In this document: piece by piece, positions 36,597 to 44,099 of the stretch
How the letters are laid out: every line of letters begins with the position of its first letter
Numbering within the stretch: the stretch's first letter is position 1
Source: an uncultured Gammaproteobacteria bacterium
GTDB taxonomy: Bacteria > Pseudomonadota > Gammaproteobacteria > Pseudomonadales > JAHEGP01
DNA: 64,000 nucleotides
NCBI GenBank assembly: GCA_963751595.1
Contig: CAVVVC010000001.1
Location: 875,741-939,740, forward strand
Direction of reading: 5' to 3'
Notes under the pieces: generated by a model
Database searches by the model: none
What the model was told of the DNA's origin: nothing
The model's input: only the letters and a program-made list of their open reading frames with translations
Made by a program: the position numbers and the translations under genes

Positions 36597-37385
36597 ATGA
36601 AGATCAGACACTTTCTTTACAATTCATTCCTCATAGAGAGTGTCAGTAACAGAATCGCAATTGACCCGGGACAGTACTTCTCCATTTTTAGCTTTACTAG
36701 TCTGATTCCAAAATCAGATTGGAAAAGTATCACGCATATTTTGATTACCCATGGTGATCCTGACCATCACTGGCAATCTGATCGTGTAGCAGAAGTAAGC
36801 AATGCACCAGTTGTATGTGGAAAAGATTTAGCAAAAGTCGAAGGTGGCAAGACACTACTAGTCGATCCCCGAGGCAAAGAGCTGACATCCTGGGTACCGT
36901 TTAATAATGCGCATCCTTTAGACTTTGGAGAGTCAATCATTTTAGGTGATGTAGAAATTGAAGCAGTCAAGTCGGTCCATGGTCCTATCAGAGTTCCAGT
37001 TCTGTGGTTCAAGATGGAAAAGCACCCAGGGCCGGGCGAACGAGTTGGCATTGGTTCTGTTGGGTTCAAAATAAAGCTAGATGGTAAAACTATTGTGAAC
37101 CTGGGAGATTCGATTTTACAAAAAGAATGGACGGGATTAGAACCGGATGTACTGATGCTTCCTATTGGTGGATTGGGTGATAATACGTGGACTATGGATG
37201 TATCTGATGCACTTGAAGCTGTTAAACTGATAGCGCCAAAAATGGTAATTCCGTGCCACTATAACGTTCCATTTTTGTGGATCAAAAATATCGCCCCTGC
37301 AGATGATCAATTGTTTAAGCGTGAGGTAGAGGGGCTAGGTATTGAATGCCACATCATGCGGCGCGGTAGTGAGATTGAAATATAA
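36597..37385 (+). CDS. Cassette 12: MBL-fold metallo-hydrolase
   Basis: 262 aa with metal motif HILITHGDPDHH and later SVHG, NLGDS, PCHYN. Resembles the UPF0173/YtkL-type MBL fold. Confidence 0.7.
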   Translation: MKIRHFLYNSFLIESVSNRIAIDPGQYFSIFSFTSLIPKSDWKSITHILITHGDPDHHWQSDRVAEVSNAPVVCGKDLAKVEGGKTLLVDPRGKELTSWVPFNNAHPLDFGESIILGDVEIEAVKSVHGPIRVPVLWFKMEKHPGPGERVGIGSVGFKIKLDGKTIVNLGDSILQKEWTGLEPDVLMLPIGGLGDNTWTMDVSDALEAVKLIAPKMVIPCHYNVPFLWIKNIAPADDQLFKREVEGLGIECHIMRRGSEIEI

Positions 37386-37386
37386 T

Positions 37387-37439
37387 GCCTAACGAATAAG
37401 GATAAGTCGCGCTTGCCGCGCCTTATCCTATTGTTGAAC
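37387..37439 (+). other. attC12
   Basis: R'' GCCTAAC ... R' GTTGAAC, 53 bp. Stem GAATAAGGATAAG/CTTATCCTATT. Confidence 0.75.
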
Positions 37440-37639
37440 GAGCCCGGTCGAGTCGCTTCTCTCTATAGTAAATAAATCAATTGGCGTTGTAGGACTGAGC
37501 GCCGATTGGAGTCGGCGCTATTCTCATTGGGCGAGCAAAGCCCTCACCTGGCAGGGTGATAATCGGTAGACGTCGCTATCGCATAGTGTGCGGTGGCTCC
37601 CTTTGAGTGCGTGACCGGCAGAGTGCTGAGTGCTGCGAG

Positions 37640-38686
37640 CTATCCGGACATAAGTTTCTGCCTGTTGAACCCAACCACCACCATCGGTGACTGGCATCGT
37701 TGGCACAAAAATGACGGTCTTTGAGTTGCTTTGACTAACGGTAGCGGGACCTGCAGTAGCCACTGCACGCGTTGCAATAGTCGCTTGGCGTTGCCATGCA
37801 AGAACCCATAGTCACGTGAGCGCCGGAAGCCTTTGGGTAAGGTGTGTTGTAACACCAGCGCTAGAAAATCCTCGCCGCGCATGCGGCGTGTTTTCCTCGT
37901 TTGGGTTTCGCTGTCCTGGTACGCGAAGGTCACGTAGTTGCCATCGTCATTAAGAATCTGCGAGTTGCTTATCACACCGCGATAGAGATACCGGGACAGG
38001 TATTGCAGGGCCGGTAGTCCATGCCCTACACGCTCACAGTGCACCACCCACTTCTTTGGAGTTTTGGGGACAGTCAGCCCAGCCTGTTGCAGGGCAGAGA
38101 GCAGCATGCCCCGGAATACCGTCGCCAGCTGAAAGCCGTTAAAGAGGTACTTGTCTTTCAGTTTGCGCCATTCGTTACGCCGCGTGTTCACTCCGCCACC
38201 GGGTACGATGATATGCACATGCGGGTGGTAGTCCAGCCGCCGGGTGTGGGTGTGTAATATCGCTGTCATGGCCAGCTCGGCGGCGAGACCTTTATCGTTC
38301 AGGCCAAACGTTTTTAGCGTTGCTACCGCACACTGAAACAGCAGCGAGTACACAGCTTTCTGGTTGGCTTTAGCCAGGGAGCGCAATTCGAAAGGGAGGG
38401 TGAACGTGACCATGAAATACTCGACCGGCAACAGCTTGCAGGCTTGCCGTTCCAGCCACTGCGTCGTGCAGTGGTTCTGGCAGCGGTTGCAGCTGCGGTG
38501 GCCGCACGATCGGTGGTGGGTGCTGCGCCAGGGGCAGGCCTTACAGGCTAATTGCAGCTCACCATACTGCTCGGTTCGACAGCCCATAATCGCATTGAGA
38601 GCCGACCATTGGTCTGGCATCGTGCTGGCACTGTGACTCGCTTTAAATCGGTCAAGATATCGGCATGCAATGCTGGCAACGTCCAT
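37640..38686 (-). CDS. IS91-family transposase (zinc-binding N-terminus + Y2 HUH domain)
   Basis: Start at ATG 38686. Cys-rich CKACPWRSTHHRSCGHRSCNRCQ, HUH-like HTHTRRLDYHPHVHIIVPGGG, and YLSRYLYRGVISN carrying the paired tyrosines. Confidence 0.8.
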   Translation of the reverse strand: MDVASIACRYLDRFKASHSASTMPDQWSALNAIMGCRTEQYGELQLACKACPWRSTHHRSCGHRSCNRCQNHCTTQWLERQACKLLPVEYFMVTFTLPFELRSLAKANQKAVYSLLFQCAVATLKTFGLNDKGLAAELAMTAILHTHTRRLDYHPHVHIIVPGGGVNTRRNEWRKLKDKYLFNGFQLATVFRGMLLSALQQAGLTVPKTPKKWVVHCERVGHGLPALQYLSRYLYRGVISNSQILNDDGNYVTFAYQDSETQTRKTRRMRGEDFLALVLQHTLPKGFRRSRDYGFLHGNAKRLLQRVQWLLQVPLPLVKATQRPSFLCQRCQSPMVVVGFNRQKLMSG

Positions 38687-38687
38687 G

Positions 38688-39593
38688 CTACGCCTCCCCA
38701 TCAAGTGAGAGGTTCAGTCGATTAACCAGCTTATTGATGAGCGTGTGCGTATTCTGCTGCGTGACCCCGGTTAACTGCGTGTAGAGGGCGGTGGTCTTCG
38801 GGCACTCGTGACCCATTTCGTGCTGAATGGCTCGCAAATTGACGCCGGCCTCCACCAGGTGAGCGCCATAGCTGTGACGTAGGCTGTGGATAGTGATGGG
38901 TTTGTGGATACCGCAGTCGCTGACAATGACCTTGACCGATTTCTGTAAACCGCCCCGGTCCATCGGGGACTTGGCTACGCGTCGCTCGACCGATGTTTTA
39001 CCCCCAGGAAACAGCAGCATCGGGTGGCGGTGCGTCACCCAGTACGCTCGCAAAGCGTGCAATGTGGCGTTGGGCAGAGTGACGAACCTGTCTTTCCGGC
39101 CTTTCCCCTGGCGTATGTGCACCTTCGCGCTTTCGCGATCGATATCGCCTACTCGCAGGTTCAAGGCTTCGCCAAGTCGCAGTCCCATGCTGTAGGCGGT
39201 AAGGATAAACGTTTGGTAGCGCAACTCCCGGGCGCCGTTAATCAGTCGCTCGACTTCCCTGAGTGTCAAAATATCCGGCAGCACTTTTTTTGTGGGCGGC
39301 TTGACGATATCGACCCAGGTCCATGTTTTGTTGAGCACGTGTTTGTAGAAGAACTGCAGGCCGTTGCGGTCGACTTTAACGGTGCTCCAGGAGTGGCTTT
39401 TAACCAGTGCGGTGAAGTAGTCTTTGAGTTGATCTTCCGTTAATCGATCGGGGCATTGATCAAAGAATTCTGTGATCCGGCGTACAGCTCTGGAATAGAC
39501 GTCGATCGTTGTAGCCGCCTTGCCTTGACGTTGCAATGCGCTAACATGGCGTTGGTACAGTGCGTTAAATTTGGTTTGCTGTGCTTTATTCAT
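38688..39593 (-). CDS. Tyrosine recombinase (phage-integrase family) coupled to the IS91 transposase
   Basis: Start at ATG 39593 (GAGGAG RBS). R/H-x-x-R/Y patches (MGLRLGEA; HSLRHSYGAHL; GHECPKTTALYTQ). The stop is 1 nt from the tnpA ATG. Confidence 0.8.
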   Translation of the reverse strand: MNKAQQTKFNALYQRHVSALQRQGKAATTIDVYSRAVRRITEFFDQCPDRLTEDQLKDYFTALVKSHSWSTVKVDRNGLQFFYKHVLNKTWTWVDIVKPPTKKVLPDILTLREVERLINGARELRYQTFILTAYSMGLRLGEALNLRVGDIDRESAKVHIRQGKGRKDRFVTLPNATLHALRAYWVTHRHPMLLFPGGKTSVERRVAKSPMDRGGLQKSVKVIVSDCGIHKPITIHSLRHSYGAHLVEAGVNLRAIQHEMGHECPKTTALYTQLTGVTQQNTHTLINKLVNRLNLSLDGEA

Positions 39594-39699
39594 GGGTAAC
39601 TCCTCGATGATCACACCCGCTATTGGGTTGTGTAGAGGAATTATCCTTCAGCGCTCAGGGAGAGCAGTGGTTGGTGCTATTCTGCCGCGTAGCGGCTTC

Positions 39700-39803
39700 G
39701 TTCAACAAGCGCATGCAGAGTTCCCCTGACAAAGCGAGGCATCGGACCGCTGGGACGCTGCTTTGCAGCTAAAACCCTGGCGGCCAATGCTGCGGCGTAA
39801 GGT
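39700..39803 (+). other. attC13 (R' with 1-nt deletion)
   Basis: R'' GTTCAAC is the exact complement of the cassette-13 start GTTGAAC. R' reads GTAAGGT (GTTAAGG minus one T), 104 bp. Confidence 0.65.
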
Positions 39804-39837
39804 CCTTGACCCAGGAATATATACATTCATTGTATGT

Positions 39838-40110
39838 ATGATAGAGTTCAGCTGGGAACAAACTAAAGTCCAAACCAACCTCAAGAAGCATGGTGTTTGT
39901 TTCGAGGGGGTCCGATCTGTCCTCTACGATGAATTTGCAGTTCAATGTTATGGTGCCGAGTCTTCTGAGGAGGACAGGTTTATTCTTCTTGGTCTAAGCA
40001 ATTTGCCTCGAGTACTGGTCGTTGTGCACTGCGAGCGAGGATGTCATCGAATATTTTTAGCGGATGGCAGAAAAATCCGGTGTTCACTATTAAAGTTTGA
40101 TCAATCGTAA
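39838..40110 (+). pseudogene. Cassette 14: degenerate BrnT-like toxin remnant, 3' end truncated by IS66-family copy 2
   Basis: MIEFSWEQTKVQTNLKKHGVCFEGVRSVLYDEF...RFILLGLSNLPRVLVVVHCER matches BrnT, but the C-terminus diverges (possible frameshift near 40040). The reading frame runs into the IS. No antitoxin partner remains. Confidence 0.5.
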
Positions 40111-41791
40111 CTACTCACCCCTCCATCAAAAAAAGCTTGACAGGTTTTTTCGCCGCATCCTTTTCGTAAATCCAGATGGCAGCCAAATGCGCAGCGTGTA
40201 GCGGCACAGTGCCGGCATAAGCATTGATCTTCATGGTTACGAAAAAGCACTAGTCGAGACCATTTTTCTTGCTCCTGCGCCTTCCTGAGTTGCCGAAAAA
40301 ACCCATGATATATTGCGTTATCGACGCAATCGTACCGCAACGAAATGGCCAGCATTAATACCTCCTCGGTTCGTGAAGAACTTGACCGGCTGAAAAACGA
40401 ATTCAAGCGACTGTCTTCTGAACAGAAGATTTCTGGTGAAATCACATTGCTGATGAGCAGTATGCTCACGCTGCTGGAACTGATTTGCGCGATCTTTCTG
40501 GAGAAGTCGACCACTAAAAATAGCCAGAACTCCAGCAAGCCCTCGTCTCAAACGGACAAGGATGAAACAGCACTGGGTCAGCCTGGTAGCAAGGCAAAAG
40601 GCAAGACGGAACGCCGGCAGTCCGCTTACAACACGCGCACCATCGAAGCGACAAGCGTTGCAGTGGTGAGCACCTGCGATATCTGTGGTGAAGATCTCAC
40701 CGGCACCGCCTGCCTTAAACATGAGCGGCGCACCAAAATCGATATCATTTTTGAGAAGACGGTCGAGCATGTGGATGCCGAGATCAAGCACTGCTCAGTC
40801 TGTTCTGCCGAGGTCAAAGGCCAGTTTCCTTCGGACATGCCCGGGCCGTTGCAATATGGCAATGGGTTGAAGGCCTACGTGATTAACCTGCTGGTCTGCC
40901 AGATGGTCGCATTGAACCGGGTACAAAAAGCAGTGAGCGCGATGATCGGCCAGGTGATCTCCGAAGCGACCCTGCTCAAGTACGTCCTGCGACTCCACGA
41001 GGCGCTGGCCGACTGGGAGAAGGATGCGATCAGGCAGCTATTGCAGAGCCCTGCGATGCACGTGGATGAGACGTCGTTGCGAGTTGATCAGAAAAATCAC
41101 TGGATACATGTCTATGCAGCCGATGACATCACCTTGAAACGACTGCATCGAAAACGGGGCAAGGAAGCGATAGAGGCGATTGATATCATTCCTCGATACG
41201 GCGGCGTGATCATCCATGATTGCTGGGCATCCTATTTATCCTATGCACATTGCGGACACGGTTTGTGCGGATCGCACCTGTTGCGTGAGCTGACGTTTAT
41301 CGTCGAGTCCAATGGTTATATCTGGGCAAAAAATATGAAGCGCGCCCTGCAGGAAACCTGCAAGGCTGTTTCGGCAAGCCCTGACAAGTGTCTCCGCGAT
41401 GACGCCTACGCGAACTTGCAGAAACGCTATCGGGCTATTTTGACGCGCGGCGAGAAGGAACTTCCGGCGATACCGGACAGGCCGCAGGGAAAGCGCGGGA
41501 AAATGGCTAAGTCGGACGCACACAACTTGTGGGAGCGACTCAAAGAGCACGAGCAAGCGGTATTATTGTTTGCCAAAGAGGGCCATGTGGCTTTCACCAA
41601 CAACCGTGCCGAGCGGGATCTTCGAATGTCGAAGGTCAAGCAGAAAGTATCCGGTTGTTTCAGAAACAGCCAATACGCTGACGCCTATTGTCGAATATCC
41701 AGTTACCTGCAGACCATGGCGAACAAGGGGCACAACCCGCTGATTGCCATTCAGATGGCACTGGCAGGGGAGATAGGGGGCGAGTAGTTAC
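40107..41791 (+). mobile_element. IS66-family insertion sequence, copy 2
   Basis: 1685 bp, near-identical to copy 1 with the same terminal repeats. Flanked by the 8-bp direct repeat GATCAATC (40099-40106 and 41792-41799). Confidence 0.85.
40345..41787 (+). CDS. IS66-family transposase (copy 2)
   Basis: 480 aa, four amino-acid differences from copy 1 (T/A, M/L, V/A, M/I). Confidence 0.85.
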   Translation: MASINTSSVREELDRLKNEFKRLSSEQKISGEITLLMSSMLTLLELICAIFLEKSTTKNSQNSSKPSSQTDKDETALGQPGSKAKGKTERRQSAYNTRTIEATSVAVVSTCDICGEDLTGTACLKHERRTKIDIIFEKTVEHVDAEIKHCSVCSAEVKGQFPSDMPGPLQYGNGLKAYVINLLVCQMVALNRVQKAVSAMIGQVISEATLLKYVLRLHEALADWEKDAIRQLLQSPAMHVDETSLRVDQKNHWIHVYAADDITLKRLHRKRGKEAIEAIDIIPRYGGVIIHDCWASYLSYAHCGHGLCGSHLLRELTFIVESNGYIWAKNMKRALQETCKAVSASPDKCLRDDAYANLQKRYRAILTRGEKELPAIPDRPQGKRGKMAKSDAHNLWERLKEHEQAVLLFAKEGHVAFTNNRAERDLRMSKVKQKVSGCFRNSQYADAYCRISSYLQTMANKGHNPLIAIQMALAGEIGGE

Positions 41792-41852
41792 GATCAATCT
41801 ATATTTGCGGGATTGTGCCAGTCATCATCGAAAAGTTGATCTTACATGTCAG

Positions 41853-41907
41853 CCTTAACAAGCAAAGGCAACGGACGGTCTCAACACGGTTGCTTTGAGC
41901 GTTAGCT
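41853..41907 (+). other. attC14
   Basis: R'' CCTTAAC ... R' GTTAGCT, 55 bp. Confidence 0.75.
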
Positions 41908-41942
41908 CGATCCGTCAATATTCAAACAGCAGCAGGATTAAA

Positions 41943-43409
41943 ATGAACAGGATATTCAATAGAGCCATAATTGCCGCATTCTCCCTATTTGCAATAACGT
42001 CAGCCTCAGCAGGAGAATCGCCCTATAATTTTAAACGAGGGTTCCCTGCGGACGCAGCAACCATTGAAAAGGCACACGCTGCCACTTCGCTCCGCCGCGC
42101 GATCGAAGCCTACAAGTTTTTCTTTCCGACGGTCGCCACCGAGGCGGTGATCCAGCAGTTTATACCTCACGGCGCGGTTCCAAACAAATTCGGAATCATA
42201 ATGCCGCAGGATCCGGAGCAGCAGTTCTCTGTAGCCAACCAGGACACGCCTTACATCATCAGTGTGTTCGATCTCAGGGACGGTCCCATTGTGATTGAAG
42301 TTCCCGAGGGTCCATTCATGGGGCTAATGAACGATCACCACATGGAGTGGTTCGGCGACATGGGCGTCATCGGCCCTGGCAAGGGCAAGGGCGAGAAAGA
42401 CCTGCTCGTTCCTCCCGGCTACGACAAGGAGATCCCGGATGGCTACCACCCGTTCTACAGCAAGACCTGGGAGTCCGTCATGGCAATGCGCGTCGTCGTC
42501 AACTCCGGCTCCTATGAGGAGGCGGTTGAGCTTGCTCAGAAGATCAAAGTCTACCCCCTCAGCGAGGCGGGCAAACCATCGAACTACAAGATCATCAATG
42601 TAAAAGGTCAGGCAGCGCCGCTTCCGATGCTGAAATGGGAGAAGAGCATGGACTACTGGACACAGCTCCACGCGGTAGTCGACAGGGAAACCGCCCGGCC
42701 CAAGCACCGCGCCATGCTCGGGATGCTGGCAGAAGTCGGTATCAAGAAAGGCCAGCCCTTCAAGCCGGACGCACGTATGAAACGCATTCTCACCGAAGCG
42801 GCCGCGACAGGATTTGGCGAAATGAACGTCGCCTTCTTTGCCAACCCTCGTCCCGAGCGGCTGATCTGGGAGGACCGGCTGTGGGAATCGGTTCCTCTTT
42901 CCGGTCCGCTCGATCCGGAAACCAGGGAATTCGGCGATGCCAACCACCGCGACCTCCTCGCCAACGACCACTACTTTTTCATGGCATGGGGCACCTCGGC
43001 CGGGATCGGCCGCCGCCAGGTCGGCCAGGGCTCGCTCTATTTCACTGGCCTCAAAGACAGCGCCGGCACTTACCTGGACGGCGGTAAGAATTACAAGCTG
43101 AACATCCCGGGGCCGGTTCCCGCCAAACTCTTCTGGTCGGTAACAGTCTACGACTCGGAGACGCGGACCATCATCAACTCCGGCCAGGGCCGCGGCGCAG
43201 TCCGCACCATGTTCGAGAACCCGCGACCAAATGCCGACGGTTCGTTCGACATCTTCTTCGGCCCCGACAAGCCGTCCGATGACAGAGAGGACCACTGGAT
43301 CAAGACCATTCCCGGCAAGGGCTGGTTCACCTTTTTACGAATGTATGGCCCCGAAGCGCCCGTTTTTGATGGTACCTATAAGCTTCCAGACATTGAAATG
43401 TTAGAGTGA
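41943..43409 (+). CDS. Cassette 15: secreted DUF1254/DUF1214-domain protein
   Basis: Start at ATG 41943 (MNRIFNRAIIAAFSLFAITSASA signal peptide). LRRAIEAYKFFFPTV...QDTPYIISVFDLRDGPIVIEVP...LFWSVTVYD fits the DUF1254+DUF1214 architecture. Confidence 0.7.
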   Translation: MNRIFNRAIIAAFSLFAITSASAGESPYNFKRGFPADAATIEKAHAATSLRRAIEAYKFFFPTVATEAVIQQFIPHGAVPNKFGIIMPQDPEQQFSVANQDTPYIISVFDLRDGPIVIEVPEGPFMGLMNDHHMEWFGDMGVIGPGKGKGEKDLLVPPGYDKEIPDGYHPFYSKTWESVMAMRVVVNSGSYEEAVELAQKIKVYPLSEAGKPSNYKIINVKGQAAPLPMLKWEKSMDYWTQLHAVVDRETARPKHRAMLGMLAEVGIKKGQPFKPDARMKRILTEAAATGFGEMNVAFFANPRPERLIWEDRLWESVPLSGPLDPETREFGDANHRDLLANDHYFFMAWGTSAGIGRRQVGQGSLYFTGLKDSAGTYLDGGKNYKLNIPGPVPAKLFWSVTVYDSETRTIINSGQGRGAVRTMFENPRPNADGSFDIFFGPDKPSDDREDHWIKTIPGKGWFTFLRMYGPEAPVFDGTYKLPDIEMLE

Positions 43410-43444
43410 TTTCTTTGCCTTGAGAGCAAACTCACGGGGATACG

Positions 43445-43496
43445 AGTTAACAAGGGCATGCAGACGACTTCGGCAATCGCTATGCGCTTGTGAGGT
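43445..43496 (+). other. attC15 (non-canonical R')
   Basis: R'' AGTTAAC ... R' GTGAGGT, 52 bp. The arms GAGTTAACAAGGGCATGC and GCTATGCGCTTGTGAGGTC are complementary. Confidence 0.6.
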
Positions 43497-43728
43497 CGGC
43501 ATCAAGGAGAGAACTAGCTATACCCCCCCATCGTTCGTTCCTGGTGCCACCGCAGAGTAGGGCGCCACTCCAGGCTTTACCGCACTCGTCAACGGGTGCC
43601 AGTATTCGGCTCAAGCCTTCGCTGGCGCTACGGCAACCTGGCAGGGTTTTTTATCAGCCTGCCGTCCCTGTAACCAGGCAGGGCATAGAGCGCGCAAAAA
43701 CAGCGCGCCCATGCCTGCGGCGCCAAGT
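43491..43728 (+). repeat. ORF-less cassette family, copy 3 (5'-truncated, includes degenerate attC16)
   Basis: Starts at GGTCGGCATCAAGGAG. A roughly 105-nt block is identical to copy 2. The ATG of the spurious ORF reads ATA here. Confidence 0.75.
43668..43728 (+). other. attC16 (degenerate R', probable end of array)
   Basis: R'' CTGTAAC ... R' GCCAAGT. Otherwise homologous to attC1 and attC2. Confidence 0.6.
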
Positions 43729-43791
43729 ACTGCAACAAACTACAATCGAGACCCGTTACGTAATCGATTTATGCGCTGCAAGGAAAATCAC

Positions 43792-44099
43792 ATGAATAGT
43801 CAGTTAGAAGCACGCGCAGCATCCAGTTCATCGCTCCTGGAGCAGCACCGCTCAGCTTATCAACTGGCGCCCTATACTTCTGCTGAAGAAAGAACCGCCA
43901 AGTTAAAAACGTTAAAAAAATGTTGCTTGATCACCAAAATGATTTCATAGGTGCTCTTCAAGAAGATTTTGGCACCCGTGCCAAAGAAGAGACTCTGATG
44001 CTGGAGATATTGCCCTGCGTCAATATGATCAACTGTACAACCTGCTTATTCGAAAAGCTTCGCCAAACTGGTCCTAAAAAAATTCACGGGTCAGCGTGA
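43792..44099 (+). pseudogene. N-terminal fragment of a coniferyl-aldehyde-dehydrogenase-like ALDH, frameshifted and truncated
   Basis: MNSQLEARAASSSSLLEQHRSAYQLAPYTSAEERTAKLKTLKK then, after a frameshift in the A-run at about 43914-43920, LLDHQNDFIGALQEDFGTRAKEETLMLEILP. Homology ends after about 100 codons. Confidence 0.5.

Larger units (their letters stand above)
37440..39699 (-). mobile_element. IS91-family (HUH/Y2 rolling-circle) element with upstream tyrosine recombinase; occupies cassette slot 13
   Basis: Two coupled minus-strand genes. The outer limits are set by the flanking attC12 R' and attC13 R''. Hairpin AGCGCCGA-ttggag-TCGGCGCT at 37498-37519 lies downstream of tnpA. The exact IS ends are not determined. 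Confidence 0.55.
24615..43728. mobile_element. Sedentary chromosomal integron: intI, attI and 16 attC-bounded cassettes (with IS66 x2, IS1182-like and IS91-like insertions)
   Basis: intI plus 16 R''...R' sites, and AT-richer cassette DNA. The cassette-start/R'' complementarity test is passed exactly by 11 of 16 cassettes and nearly by 4 more. Confidence 0.85.

Noticed and set aside
29182-41791. Composite transposon formed by the two IS66-family copies
   Set aside because: Each copy has its own distinct 8-bp target duplication (ATATTTGT versus GATCAATC). The outer flanks do not share a duplication, so these were two independent insertions.
25915-43728. Repeated ~55-125-bp elements interpreted as a CRISPR array
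   Set aside because: The repeats are imperfect, variable in length and internally palindromic, with RYYYAAC/GTTRRRY ends. The 'spacers' are whole genes. These are attC sites. No cas genes are present.
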